Of a DNA stretch of 64,000 nt, positions 25,401-38,388 are shown one piece after another. A model generated the notes under the pieces. That model was not told where the DNA came from and did not search any database. It saw only the letters and a program-made list of their open reading frames with translations. Source of the stretch: Takakia lepidozioides (Eukaryota; Plantae; Bryophyta); NCBI GenBank assembly GCA_030704615.1, contig CM060733.1:63054001-63118000 (forward strand). Direction: 5' to 3'. The translations under genes and the position numbers were made by a program. Each line of letters starts with the position of its first letter. The stretch's first letter is position 1.

Positions 25401-28400
25401 ACCCTAGGGCAGAGCCCGATTTTTCATCCTTAATTAGCAATAATTAAGGGTAATTAAAAAATTCTCCATGGCCATCATAAGCTGCTTTTTTCATCCGGTC
25501 CAGATGAAAAAATAAATAGGTTCATTTATTCGGATGAGGTCCATCAGCAGGATGAAAAAATAGTATACATCATCCAAGGCAGCGGGTTTATCATCCTAAC
25601 AGGTAATTCGTCATCCCTTAAGAGAAAGCCTCATCCAGTACGGAAAAAAACGCATAAAGGGGGAATAAAACGAATTCAAATCCTGGTATTTTTCATCCGG
25701 CATGGATGGAAAAATTATAGATAGGATGCCAGTGTCATAACCCCTACGGAGGTAATTCCTCATTATCTGGTGACTCATCTGATATAGATGAAAGTCAATA
25801 AAAGAGGAATGAAAAATTATGTCATTTTTAAAGGGAGTTTAGTGTCCACCCAGGTGATTCTTCTGGTATGGATAGAAAACCTTTACAAGTCGGGTGAAAA
25901 CACCTTTTAGAGTCCATCTGGTATAGATGGAAAATCATGAAAAGAACACTGATGCAACCGGCCAATTAGAAGAAGGGAGGGAGAGAGAGGGAGAGAGAGG
26001 GTTGGGACTTACAACGAGCGAGTGGGAGGGAGGGCAAACATGCATGGGAGGCCCGCATTGGAGCAACCTTCGCATCTGAAGCAAGCAACCCTAGAAATGC
26101 TAGGGTATGTGTGTGAGGAGGTTTCGGCTGGGAGCTCGCCATTCTTGGGAGAGTCAGCTTCGTCTTAGCAGGCCGTGTTTCAATCTCTACCCACTCGGCC
26201 CTGAATTCGCAGCACGGAGCAGAGCTGGCATGAGTTTCTTAAAATTCCTTCACGATCGTGGGACAACCGCAATCGCAAGGTGTGGCTTCTTCTTAATGTA
26301 CGATGTGAAGAAGTTTGTCCATCCAGCAAATGTGGGTTGTTGGCTCCTGTTAGTACCATGATTTGGTATTCTTCCTGATGTTTACAAGGTTCTTGGGAGA
26401 GTCAGCTTGGTCTTAGCAGGCCGTGTTTCGATCTCTGCCCGCTCAGCTGCACCGTGGTGGTTCTCACTGACCAATCCGACAGTACCTGACTACAGACACA
26501 AGCAGCACACACAAGAGGTCCTCTTGGGTTCATGGTCAGTCAAATCCTCCATGGGTCATGTAAGTTAGCTCGTTGGGTGGATCTATGGTGGTTTGGAGTG
26601 ACTTTGATGTTACTCAGGCATTGTATCAGAGAACGGATATCGTCTTCAGGCCGTTGGCATGTCGGACATTTACTATCTCCTTTACCTCTCTACATCTGGT
26701 TTTGTGCAAAGATAGACTCCCCAACTTGAGTTTAAATTTCAGGTCTAGTGTCAAGGGTAGAGGTATGCCCTTCAGATCATCCTCAAGGTCCTCTATGTGC
26801 CCCTATAATCAGGTACGGGGAGGTGTACTTCAACCTGACCACATCACGTTGGTTTGTGGGGGCAAAGCATGTGCAAGCATGGCAGCGGGCTGGACATGTG
26901 ATTCTGAACACAAGTTTAGGTGAGCCTGGCAGCCCTGGAAAAGGGAGTAGAGGTCCATGGTGACATTGTCAAAGCTGGAACTATACAAGAAATCTGATTG
27001 TGAACACTGCCTTGGTGACATGTATGCCCAATCGCTCAAGGTGCTTTTGGTGATTAAGATTCTTTTTACTTCATATTTTTCTCTCTTGTTTTTGGGGTTC
27101 TTAGTTGACATCGATAACAAGTGTAGGGGTCTGTGATTCACCTGGGGTTCCACAATCCTCACTAACCCATTGGTTTTTGTGGGGGCTTGTGATGGAACCA
27201 GGTGAGGATCCCTACTTGCTTTGAATTCTCTTGAGCTTGCAGATAAGGATGTGAGCAAAAGAAACATATTGTTGCTGCCTACAGCCCCGATTTCGGCCCG
27301 CTTGCTCCCGGTTTGATATGATGATGCTTGCTTTTGACTTATGTTTTGATGCTGCTGATGGAGCATCTCGGCCTGGCAGCCTTGTCTCGTGCAGCACAGC
27401 ATGTGAATCCTACCCTGTCTTGAATCTTTGACAGCTTTGCCTGTGGATTTTTAGACTAGGTCTTTTTTTGGCCTTAAAAGAGGATTGATGATGTAAGGGT
27501 AAAGGCATCAGTGACTGTTAGGCTCTAAGGATGAGGAGGTCTGGTTTTTGTAAAAGAAGACAGCCTGATAAGGCAATGACAGGCCGTTTTCAGACCTGGA
27601 TTTGTTGTGGAATGGAGCATAGTGAGGTGCTATTTGCAAAACATGGCATTAGCCTCATGTGAAACATTGATGGTAAGCTCTAAAGGACTCTGGCCAGTGA
27701 TTAGTTACTTTATTTTGCCATATGAATAGCCACATGCATTGTATGATTTATCTTGGCCAAGTGGGCTTGGTCTTGGGCACTCAAATTGTATGTGTGTCCT
27801 TATCTGGATGCTGTGACAGGGCAGGCCTTTCTTCCATGCCAAAATGCCTTACATGATGCATATCTTGGGGCAACTGTACATGATGTAGAATGAAGTCGCA
27901 ATCAATCTTGTCATGCCCAAAGTGATCACTTGGTTGCATGTTTGGAGTCTGATTTACTACAGGCTGGGCCAGCAAGTGTCATGTGTGCACAGGCCCTGAA
28001 TATGTACAATGACAGGCTGTTCTTACCTACCCAAAAGGCCTTGCACGATGCATGCTGTGCTTACATTTGGCCAAATGTGAAGTTGCAATATGGCTTGCCA
28101 TGCCCAAGAAGTTTACTTGGTGGCATGCCTGAAGTGTAATTAATTACATGCTAGTCCTTCCAGTTGCTTGTATGAACATTCCCTGAAGGTGTTGTAGGGC
28201 AGGCTGTTCTTACCAACCTTGCATAATGCTTGTCTTGGATCACCTCAAGGTGCTTGTCTGAACATACCTTGAATCTGTAGCAGGGCAGGTTGTTCTTACC
28301 TACCCAAGGAGCCTTGCATGGTGCATGTCTTGGGTTACTTACAGGAATTTGAACATGCTGCAGCAATCTGATTTTTCAGTACACAAGATGCTTGCTTATA

Positions 28401-29385
28401 TGCTTGTCTTGTTATCATGACCTGTACATAAACAAACCCCACCCTCCCACCCTGTTTTATCATTAATGATTAGGGTGAAATCAATTGGGAAGTCATGACA
28501 AGAATGGAAGTGTTAGATGGTGCCCTATTTATGGGCTGTTTATGTCTTTAATTGACAATGACCCTAGTGGGTCTTGTCCATGTCTTGACATGACATGAGT
28601 ATCTTCCCTCCCTCCCTCCTGCTCGCTCTAAGTCTGTTCACGGCTATCGCGATGGGAAACTTTTTAAGTTTTTTAACCTTTTTGCAAACTATAAGCAACT
28701 TTTTGATTTTTTATTTTTGATTTTTTTTTTCTTTTTTTAAAGGAAACCTCAAGCCCTTGAGGAGGGGGAAAAATTAACCCCCTTTCATTTATGGGCCATG
28801 AGACCTACAGGACGATCAGCCCAGACATATCGTCACGAACAATCCCACACATGTGGTAGGGCAGCGGGTTTGAAACCCGAACCACCAAGGTGACACACTG
28901 TGCACTTACCAGCCGATTTTTTTTTCAATCTTTTGCACTTTGATTATTATTATTATTATTATTATTATTTGAATTCATTCTAGTGGTCAGAGTCTCCGTT
29001 TTTCCAAATATAAATACTCATATATTATATATATAACCAAAAAAACATACACGCGCAGTCATGTAGTGATTCTTCCATGTGATGATTTGGCAGAATGCAT
29101 TAGAGTGAGAGTCATAATATCATATGTCCGTCTAGCAATATGCACACGTCATTCCAGTGTAGCCATGACCGTGACTGGTAGTCATATCCGCCATGCCAAT
29201 ATTCGTGGTCAAACATGTTTGACTTGTGTTGCGCAGAGTCCGGAGTCATGCAGTCGTATATACGCCTTTCCCCAGACCAGCGTTATGATTTCAAAGGCAT
29301 TTACGACTGCAAATGGCATTTCTGCCACAAATCTGTCATGACTGCGCACCTATGGGAGTCATAAAAGCCGCAATCTATTGTAGTG
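22500..29385. mobile_element. Non-autonomous CACTA element (Pack-type), 6.9 kb
   Basis: TIRs CACTACAACAGATTGTGGCTTTTA and TAAAAGCCGCAATCTATTGTAGTG. 3-bp TSD CAA at 22497-22499 and 29386-29388. ATGACT/AGTCAT subterminal repeats. Removing it restores the PPR motif DMYAKCG. Confidence 0.9.
24380..25060 (-). pseudogene. PPR fragments inside the CACTA element
   Basis: LVAMYAKCGSIEDAKGV and VDIYAKC remnants. A further + strand remnant lies at 26800-27030. Confidence 0.7.
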
Positions 29386-29388
29386 CAA

Positions 29389-30460
29389 ATGTGGGTGCAG
29401 CAAGCCTGATGCGAAGGAAGAGTTCGACAATTTGGCTGAACGGGATGTGGTGTATTGGAGTGCCATGATTGCAAGGTATGTGCAGCATGGGTATGGGATT
29501 AAGGCTTTGGAGACCTAAGAGCAAATGATGTGGGAAGGGATGAAGCCAGACCAGGTCATGCTCATTTGTGTTTATAATATGCATATGCGAGCTTAGCAGC
29601 CCTGGGAATGGTCAAAGTGGTTCATGGTAACATTATCAAAGCTGGAATTGTACCAAATGTCATTCTGAACATTCCCCTGGTGTACATCTATGCTCACCAA
29701 GTGTTCAACAAAATCCCTCAACGATCTTTGATCACGTGGAATATAATGTTGGCAGGAGTTACCAAGGATGGGTGTGGTAGGAATGCTTTGGAGACCTATG
29801 AGCAACTATTGCGCGAAGGGGTGAAGCCCAACCACATCACGTTTGTTTGTATTTACGATGCGTGTGCAAGCTTACGAGCTCTGGAAAATGGGAAAGAGGT
29901 CCATGGTGACATCATCAAAGCTGGATTTGTACCAGATGTCATTTTGACCACTGCCCTGGTGGACATGTATGCCAAATGTGGGTGCAGCAAGCCTGTTGCG
30001 AAGGGAGAGTTCGACAATATGGCTGAACAAGATGTGGTGTTTTAAGTCCATGATTGCAAGGTATGTGCAGCATGGGTATGGGATTGAGGCTTTGGAAACG
30101 TAAGAGCAAATGATGTGGGAAGGGATGAAGCCAGACCAGGTCATGCTCATTTGTGTTTATAATATGCATATGCGAGCTTAGCAGCCCTGGGAATGGTCAA
30201 AGAGGTTCATGGTGACATTATCAAAGCTGGAATTGTACCGGATGTCATTCTGAACATTCCCTTGGTGTACATCTATGCTCACCAAGTGTTCAACAGAATC
30301 CCTCAACGATCTTTGATCACCTGGAATATAATGTTGGCAGGAGTTACCAAGCATGGGTTGGTAGGAATGCTTTGGAGACCTATGAGCAAATGTTGCACGA
30401 AGGGTTGAAGCCCAACCGCATCACATTTGTTTGTGTTTGCAATGCGTGTGCAAGCCTGGG
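29389..30460 (+). pseudogene. PLS-class PPR pseudogene, right part, with a ~585-bp tandem duplication
   Basis: ORFs 29608-30045 and 30193-30408. 29460-29870 is repeated at 30045-30455. In-frame stops are present. Confidence 0.85.
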
Positions 30461-31124
30461 AGCGTTCTGTTGTAGTGAATATTTTTCTAACCCCAGTCAA
30501 TGGTGGGACAATCAAGGCAAAAAAGTGAATGCCTATTGGATTACAGAGAGTAGAAGATGCAATTGAGCATAGGAACTAGTGTGATAGGTTGAGTTAGGTG
30601 TTTCCTAGAACAATTTGAAGCCTTCATTATTAACTGCTAGCAGCAAGGCAAGGGTGATTTTGGTAGAGGCATGGATAGCTGAAGGAGCAGGAATAGAGTA
30701 TGGGTCCAGATTCATCGAAGAGGGCCGGACTTCAAGCTCCTATGATTCTTGTGGATCAATAGCTACTAGCAACCTGCATGGATAGATGGTCGACTGGAAG
30801 CTGCAGTAGTAGCGGTGGAATTGATAAATCAAGCACTGCTAATGAAGGCACCTTCTTCAACACATTTCACCCTGTTTTTCCTTCTTATCATAATCGACCC
30901 GAAGTTTTCATGTTGAATTCTGCATGTTAGCTGGTTGAGTGAACCTTTGATAATTTGGAGTGACTTTGACATGATACTGCCAATGTCCAGAAACAGGTAA
31001 CAGAGATGAGGAGAAGCTGTGAAATGAATACTTTTCTTACCCAGTCAATGGTGGGACAATCGAGGCAAGAAGGTGAATATATGTCTGATTATAGAGAGTA
31101 GCAAATGCAATTGAGCATAAGAAC

Positions 31125-32689
31125 GGGGAATGCCTCCGCGTGAGCCTGGCCGCGTGAGCACGTGAGCGCAACCAGGCTTATGCCACGTCAGCAGTTTCCG
31201 CCACGTTGGTTCTCGATAGCGTAGTTCACGCCACATCATTCTCATAGGCACGGACCTATAACCGCGGACAGAACAGCGTGAAATGGCCCTATAGCCGCGG
31301 ACTTGAGCATTCGGCACATATGGAACCATATTTGGGCGATGAGAAGAAGTGCAGAACAAAGGGTTCGAATGAATATTACTGAATGATTGTGTTTGAGACC
31401 GAATATAGAAGAATGGTTGTGGATGAATTAATGAGGATGAAGGAGAATCAATGTGGATGACACGCTCAAAATATAGATGAATATGGATGAAATCTTGCAG
31501 ATGAATGATAATGGTTGAATGTTGGACGACAAATTGTGGATAAAAAGGAGTGCGCACCTTTCTTTCACCATGGTCCATAAATAGAAGAATATAATACCCA
31601 ACCCTTCTTCCAATAGCAGCCGAACCCCACTGCCTTCCGTCCACACCGAAGCCAAGATCTCACCGAGCCCAATGCAATGAGAAGACATTACAGACTACAG
31701 TTTTTTTTTTTTTTTTCCTCGCTGGTTGGAAAAACAGTGTGGCGCCACACACTGGTTTAGGGTCCAACCCACTAGGGAAAAAAAATTAAAAAAATTAAAA
31801 AAATCCCTGGCTGATTGAAAAACTAGTGTGCGGCGCCGCACACTAGTTTGGGTCCAACCAACCAGGGGGAAAATAATAATAATAGTTTTTTTTTTTTGGG
31901 TTGGAAAAACAGTGTGCGGCGCCGCACACCTTTTCTGCCCACTGAAAAACATCAAATTCGGGACCCCATCAAGCTCATGGAGTGGTCCCGAATTCAGTCT
32001 TTTTCAATGGGCAGAAAGGTATGCGGCGCCGCACACTCTTTTGGGGTCCAACCAACCAAGGGGCAAGGGGGGGATAAAATAAAAAATAAAAATTGGTTTT
32101 TTTTTCCCTTCCCTGGTTGGTTTGAAAAACAGTGTGCCATTGAAAATCACCGAATTCGGGACCCCCAATTCGGGAGTGGGCCCTCTATAAGAGACCTCAA
32201 AATGAGCCTTTTGGGTGGGGCAAAAACGGTGTGCTTCAAAGCACACCATTTCTGCTAAGTATTCAATCACTTTCAAGTCCCCTCCATGCTTTCAGTTGCT
32301 ATCTGAAGAGACCTCAAAAAAAGCCTTTTGGATGGGGCACAAACGGTGTGCTTTGAAGCACACCATCTCTGCTATGTTTTCATCCCTTTCAAGGAGACGC
32401 GTCATGGTGGATTCCTGCTTTAAGAATGTGGATTCTTGCTTGAAGACATCGAATGGATGCGAATGGTTTGTCATTTTATTTCTAGTTTGTTATTTGTGGT
32501 TTGATGTTTCATGTTTTGATTAATGAATCCCACGCTTCTGGTGTGCTATTTGGGGTGAATGACATCTACAAATTGCTCGGACTACATAACTTATGATTCG
32601 TTGTCATGTCCTCTTCCTGGCGACCAGAAATCCATGCTGGGTAAACGCCAGGTCTTTTGCTTGCAAAGCAGGGGTTGGGTTCATTTGCA

Positions 32690-32722
<33 letters not shown>

Positions 32723-33423
32723 GGTCCCCGAAGGTGCCTGATTAAGGTATCGTTGACGACACCTTAATCTGGCCGCTCTTCTGGTGTGCTATTTGGGGTG
32801 AATGACATCTACAAATTGCTCGGACTACATAACTTATGATTCGTTGTCATATCCCAACAGGGCTGGGAATTAATATGTCGTTGACGACACCTTAATGCCT
32901 ACTTTTCTGCACAAAAAAGGTCCCCCCTATGGTTTTTTTCCAGTGGACATATTTGTTCTGGGGAGATATTCATGGGTTCATTTGTCATGTGCAGACAGGG
33001 GCTGTGATTTAAGCTGTCGTTGACGACAGCTTAATGCCTGCTTCCCCGCGCATGCTGATCCCTGAGGATAGATGTTGTTACAATCATCCATGGTTCAATC
33101 ATCTGGGCAATTTTTCATCTGCCACTCATCCAACGTTCATCCATTCCCTTTTACGTCCAAACCAAATACATTCATCCGTAAATTTTTCATCGCACATTTG
33201 TGCTACATTGTCGTCATGGAGCCTGTCTGTCTTTTGTCCGATAGAGAGGAGATTGCGTCGTTGCAGTAGAGTTTGCGTCCACGACAATAGGCCCACTTGT
33301 TCATTTGGCTTTAGGGTCCGCATCAGTTATCTACTCACGCTTTCAATCAGCTCATGCTTCGGGGAATCTGCTCACACATAAAAGAATCTGCTCACGGGTT
33401 CTGCTCACGCCTTTGCTGCCCTC
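31125..33423. mobile_element. Non-autonomous MULE-family element B (ends plus palindrome arrays only)
   Basis: Left end matches the terminus of A. Right end (...CTGCTCACGCCTTTGCTGCCCTC) is homologous to 36427-36700 (reverse complement) and to 46430-46623. No TSD found. Confidence 0.7.
31735..33035. repeat. Two palindrome arrays: GTGTGCGGCGCCGCACAC type (31735-32365) and TTAAGGTGTCGTTGACGACACCTTAA type (32741, 32869, 33009)
   Basis: Includes the perfect 30-bp palindrome AAACTAGTGTGCGGCGCCGCACACTAGTTT at 31820-31849. Confidence 0.9.
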
Positions 33424-33504
33424 GGATGTATGCATTATTTGTGCAGAGGCATGGATAGCTGAAGGAGCAGGGATAGAGTGTGGGTCCAGATTCATCCAAG
33501 AGGA

Positions 33505-34125
33505 CCAGAAAGAGGTCCATGGTGACATCGTCAAAGCTGGAATTGTACCGGATGTCATTCTGAACACTGCCCTGGTGGACATGTACACCAAATGTGGGTG
33601 CATTAAGGATGCGAAGGCAGTTTTCAACACTATGGCTGAATGAGATGTGGTGTCGTGGAACGCGATGCTTGCAGGGTATGCACAGCAGGGATGTGGTATG
33701 GAGGATTTGGAGACCTATGATCAAATGATGGGGGAAGGGATGAAGCCCATTGCAATGCATGTGCAAGCCTGACAACTTTGGAAAATGGCACAGAAGTCCA
33801 TGGTAACACTGTCAGAGCTGGAATTGTAACAATACCCTCATGGACATGGGCAGAAGCATGCTACAGTGGCTCACTTTTGTCCAGTCTACTCTAATCTTAC
33901 TCTCATTTTTCATTTTCAAAACACAACAGCTTTGTTTGGAAACCAATTTTTGGGTGATCTCAAATTGAGTTGACAACAAAAATAAATTGCGACACCTAAT
34001 TTAAAGTTCCTATGAAAAAAGATATAAATGAAAGTAGACTAGTTTAGACTGGACAAAAATTTCGCAAAGTGAGCCACTGTAGCATGCTTCTACCCACATG
34101 TACATGCAAAATGTGGGTGCACTCT
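33505..34125 (+). pseudogene. PLS-class PPR fragment interrupted by a MITE
   Basis: KEVHGDIVKAGIVPDVILNTALVDMYTKCGCIKDAKAVFNTMAE followed by a stop. Confidence 0.8.
33848..34095. mobile_element. MITE with GGG...CCC ends and apparent 4-bp TSD ACAT
   Basis: TIR GGG(C/T)AGAAGCATGCTACAGTGGCTCACTTT. ACAT at 33844-33847 and 34096-34099. Confidence 0.85.
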
Positions 34126-34494
34126 ATCCTGCTGATTTGTTGTTGTGCTGGAACAGTAGCAAACGTAGAATGACATTCTCACCTTACATCTGTTGCTATC
34201 TTCAGTGCATATGTAGTGTCATTTGCACTTTGTCAGACTATTGTTAGAGGAGCCAGATTTTGGGACTCCGGTGCTATATTGTAAATTTGACTGGCAGCAG
34301 TTTAAGAGAAGCTCTTACATCTACTGCTGTCTTTAAGTGCCTATGTTTTGTCCTTTGCACTTCCTGACTTTGTTTTTTCCTATGATTCTTGCCTGTGAAT
34401 AAAACGTTCATTTACACAATCATTTTTTGTCTTTTTGTTCTTCCCTTTGTTATTCTCTTTGTTCAGTATTGAATAATACTAACCCTAACGAGAT

Positions 34495-35020
34495 AAACAT
34501 AGTCGTGGTTCTAACTGTCCAATACATTTAAAAGTTCCAAATAACCCCTCATATGACACCACATGTCCACATATCATCATGTCATAGTCAGGATCATGAC
34601 TGCAAGACCTCCTCAATACATGCCACGTGTCTAGATATCAGCATGTTGTAGTTAGGATCATGACTACAATACCTCCTCAATATATGCCACGTGTCCAGAT
34701 ATAGTCATAGTGACTGTAGGAACACCTCATGGATATGCCACGTCGCAGTTTCTGGAGACGCCATATGGCGCACATCCACAAAACCTCCTGGAATTATTAA
34801 AGAGACACGTGTACAGTTTGCAGCAGCACAATAAGTCATGTATGGTAGAAGTACATATGACTGCCAAATGACAGTGAGATGTATCACTTGGTATCATCTG
34901 ACTGCAGTCATCGATGACCGACCATCCTGTACTCATTGTATTCACTTGGTTTGCACGACTTGCAGTCATAGCAGTCATATGTTTTATTTATGACTACGGG
35001 ATAGTCATATATACAATCAT
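34495..35020. mobile_element. CACTA-like subterminal fragment
   Basis: Dense ATGACT/AGTCAT motifs like those at 22500-23020 and 29050-29385. No terminus seen. Confidence 0.4.
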
Positions 35021-37075
35021 ATATACCATATAGGCTACACTAGAGGTCGCATTTGGGCCTTGACATAGGAGACGCACTGGGTCTTAGATTCAATTCTTCA
35101 CACATGTGCCAACGGCACAGGCCACCCTAGAGGTCACACTTGGGCCTCGACATAGGAGACCATTGGGATCATGGTCATTTGTATGTCTTTATTTATTTAT
35201 TTATTTTTTATGGCCGACCACTGCCACAGGGGTCGCCCAGATTTTTTCTTTTAATTCTTTTATCTTAATCTTAAGTTCATATTTTATTTTATACTTTTTT
35301 TTTCCATATGACCACGCAGCGGCAGATGCTCTATCCCAGGCGAGAAATGCCACAGCGGCAGACACACTCTTCCAGGCGACTGCTGTGTCCGGATTATTTT
35401 TTGTTTTATATTTTAATTTTACTATTTATTTATTTTTAATAATAATTTTTATATTTTATATTTTATTTTCTCTGGCGACCGCGGCACAACAGCCGCTCTA
35501 TCCCAGGCGACAACTACCACATCGGTCCCCCAGATTTTTCATTTTTTCCCTTATTTTAATTTTAATTTTGTACTTTAAGGTTTTATTTTTTGCCTATGTG
35601 CAATTGCGCAGCGGCAAACGCATTTTCTTCTCTTTAAAAAAAAACAGGGGAAAGAGGCCTTGAGAACTTTATTTGGAATTATTGTGGGGAAAATTAAATA
35701 AAACCCCTGATAACACCATGGAGGCACACACACCGATGTCAGTGATAGCAGAACGTGTCCTATAAGGCTCTAAAAAGCCAAGCGATCGACCGCAGGCCGA
35801 ACTAAGCTATTTCATGCTACAAGATCAGAAGAAAGGAGGAGTATGTGAGGCATATTCTCCAAAGAGAATTCAACAAAGCGCAATGAGTCTTAGAAGTACC
35901 AAGAGCAAAATTCAGTAAACCCTATCTGAGTAGTGCGTAGAACGGTCTAGCGGAAGTGAAGTTTGGACGACATTGATGTGTGCTTGATATGCTTGATGTG
36001 TTTCCAATTGACCTCCCTCTCAAACTCGGGGGGATGCGGTGGAGAAAGGCGCGGAGGTTTCTCCAGCGTTGAGGGGGGAGAGGGTTCTAGTCGCATCGGT
36101 CTTGCGTAAAGGTATGGCAGATGACCCCATGATAGACCCATGTGGCTTTAAAGAGCCAGAGATTGCCTCTGCTTGTCGTGGAGCTCTCTGGAGATCTGCA
36201 CAGCATTTCAACCAAGTTTTTTTCGATTCTGTGAGAAGGTCATGATAAATAAGAGATATCAAGCAAGAGGTTGAGCAAGTTTCTCCTAAAAAGTCATGCG
36301 GCAACGAGCCCTCCATAGGTGCCACAAGGTGGAGCTTCAGAGGGTTTCTAAAACAGGGCATGAGAAGGATTTCAGCTTAGAGGTACTGTTGTAGTTGAGC
36401 AGAATATCCAAGGGGAGGATGTCATCGAGGGTAGCTACCGTGTGAGCACGCTCACGCTTAAAGTGGAAAACGTGAGCAGAATCCCTTAAGCGTGAGCAGA
36501 TTCCAAGCGTGAGCAGATTAGTGAATGGGAGCCTACAACCGAGGGAAGAAGAGGGCCCATTGCCGTGGACAAAAACTACAATGCACGGACGCATGCACAC
36601 CCCATCCGACGGGACAATCCAAGCTCCATGACGACCGTATGGTACGAATGTGTGATGAAAAAGCCGCCGGATGAATGGTTTCAGGATGAATGAAAAGTTG
36701 AATAGATGAATGGTGGATGACTTGTGGATGAGAAATGAGCGACATGGATGAACCATGACTTCATTTTTGTTTCACGTGGGGCAATTGCATCTCGAGTGTG
36801 TCCTGAATTTCAGATTTATCGGCTGATCCTGGCAATACTTACTTTGAGGGAACTTGAAGGAAACTGTTGAAGTTACAAGGCAATTACATACAGGAGTAAA
36901 TTTGAGTTACCTATGGACTCTTCTGATGGGGGTGGGGCTGTAGAGGAGGGAGGAGGATAGAACATGAGAAGTGGAGGACAAAACAAAATCGCAGAAAAAA
37001 TTCTCCAAAAACAATGAACCCAAAAAATTGAGTCCAAAAAAACTTTGAAGGCGGTGTGTGTGCAGGTGGGGGGGG

Positions 37076-38388
37076 ATTAAGGTGTTGTCAACGGCATCTT
37101 AATTCCCACCTCCTGTTGCCACAAACAATTCATGGAAAATCCCAAAAAACCAGAAAATTTGAATCCAACAAAACTTTCAAGCCGACACGTGTGCAGATCG
37201 CGGGGATTAAGGTGTCGTCAACGACATCTTAAATCCCAGCACCTGTTGCCACATGTCTTTTCAAAATATGTAGAGCAGTTTCATTCGGCCCGGTTAATTC
37301 TAGAGTGGTCCAGGAATTAGCATGGTCCAAGAGTTAAAAGAGGGGGCCAATGTATTAAGGCCACTTGTATTATTTAATGAAATGAAGGGTCCAAAAATTA
37401 AGGATTGACTTTCTAGCGTGGGCTTTATAGATAGTTCTAGTTCTAGTTGACTTTCTACATAGTTCCAATTTCTAGATACTTCTACTAATATGTCAGTCCG
37501 GTGAGAAGCAACTGACTAGTTGCTTGTAACTTGTGTCTTCAACATGCTGGCACAGGCACTAGTAGCGTGTCTCACTAGAGGTTTGAGAGCCAGAGCCAGC
37601 GTGAGTAGTTGTTTGCTATGTTGGGGGTCGGGCCAGGTATGGCAGGTAATATCAAAGTGGCTGCAAGAGGGAAAGACAAGGCGGCGGAGGGTGCAGAGAA
37701 GTTCATAGAGGCAAGTGTTACTATCGGTCCTCTTTATTCCACTTGATTTAGTGACACTCACCATGCATTTTAGTGACTGGTGGCTTCCTGTATAGCAACC
37801 TGCAGTAGGTTGACTCTCGGTTCTCATTTCTGTAACTCTTGCGTTACCCACTTTTCAAACTTTTTATACTTTATTAATAAAGTTTGACGCTCGACCATCC
37901 AACAATTAAAAGAAATCTCAATATGTATGTAATGGTAACAGATTAAGGCCCAAAAATGAAAAAAAAACTAAAATCTAACAAAACTTTGAAGGCGGTGCGT
38001 GTGCAGGTCGGGGCGATTAAGGTGTCGTCAATGACATCTTAATTCCCACCACCTGTTGCGATATGACAGTTCATGGAAAAACCCAAAAAACCAAAAAAAA
38101 AAAAGAATCCAAAAAAGCTTTCAAGGCGGTGCGTGTGCAGATCGGGGGGATTAAGATGTCGTCAACGACATCTTAATTCCCACCACCTGAACAAAACTTT
38201 TACGGCAGTGCGTGTGCAGGTTGGAGGGATTAAGGTGTCGTCAATGACATCTTATTTCCCACCACCTTTTGCGACATGTCAATTCATGGAAAAACCCAAA
38301 TAACCAAAAAAATATGAATCCAACAAAGCTACGAAGGCGGTGCGTGTGCAGGTGGGGGGATTAAGGTGTCGTCAACGACATCTTAATT
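37076..38388. repeat. Palindrome array ATTAAGGTGTCGTCAACGACATCTTAAT in element C
   Basis: Copies at ~37076, 37206, 38016, 38150, 38230 and 38360, in ~130-bp units. Interrupted by an LTR-like insert. Confidence 0.88.
37269..37940 (+). mobile_element. Probable solo LTR
   Basis: TG...CA ends (TGTAGAGC...GGTAACA). Interrupts the repeat array. Related sequence at 11150-11417. No TSD evident. Confidence 0.55.

Noticed and set aside
21200-30460. Intact PPR (E/DYW) editing-factor gene
   Set aside because: Multiple stops and frameshifts, a CACTA insertion, and no E or DYW domain seen.
35700-36420. gag-like coding remnant
   Set aside because: No recognisable motif, and the frames are short and broken.
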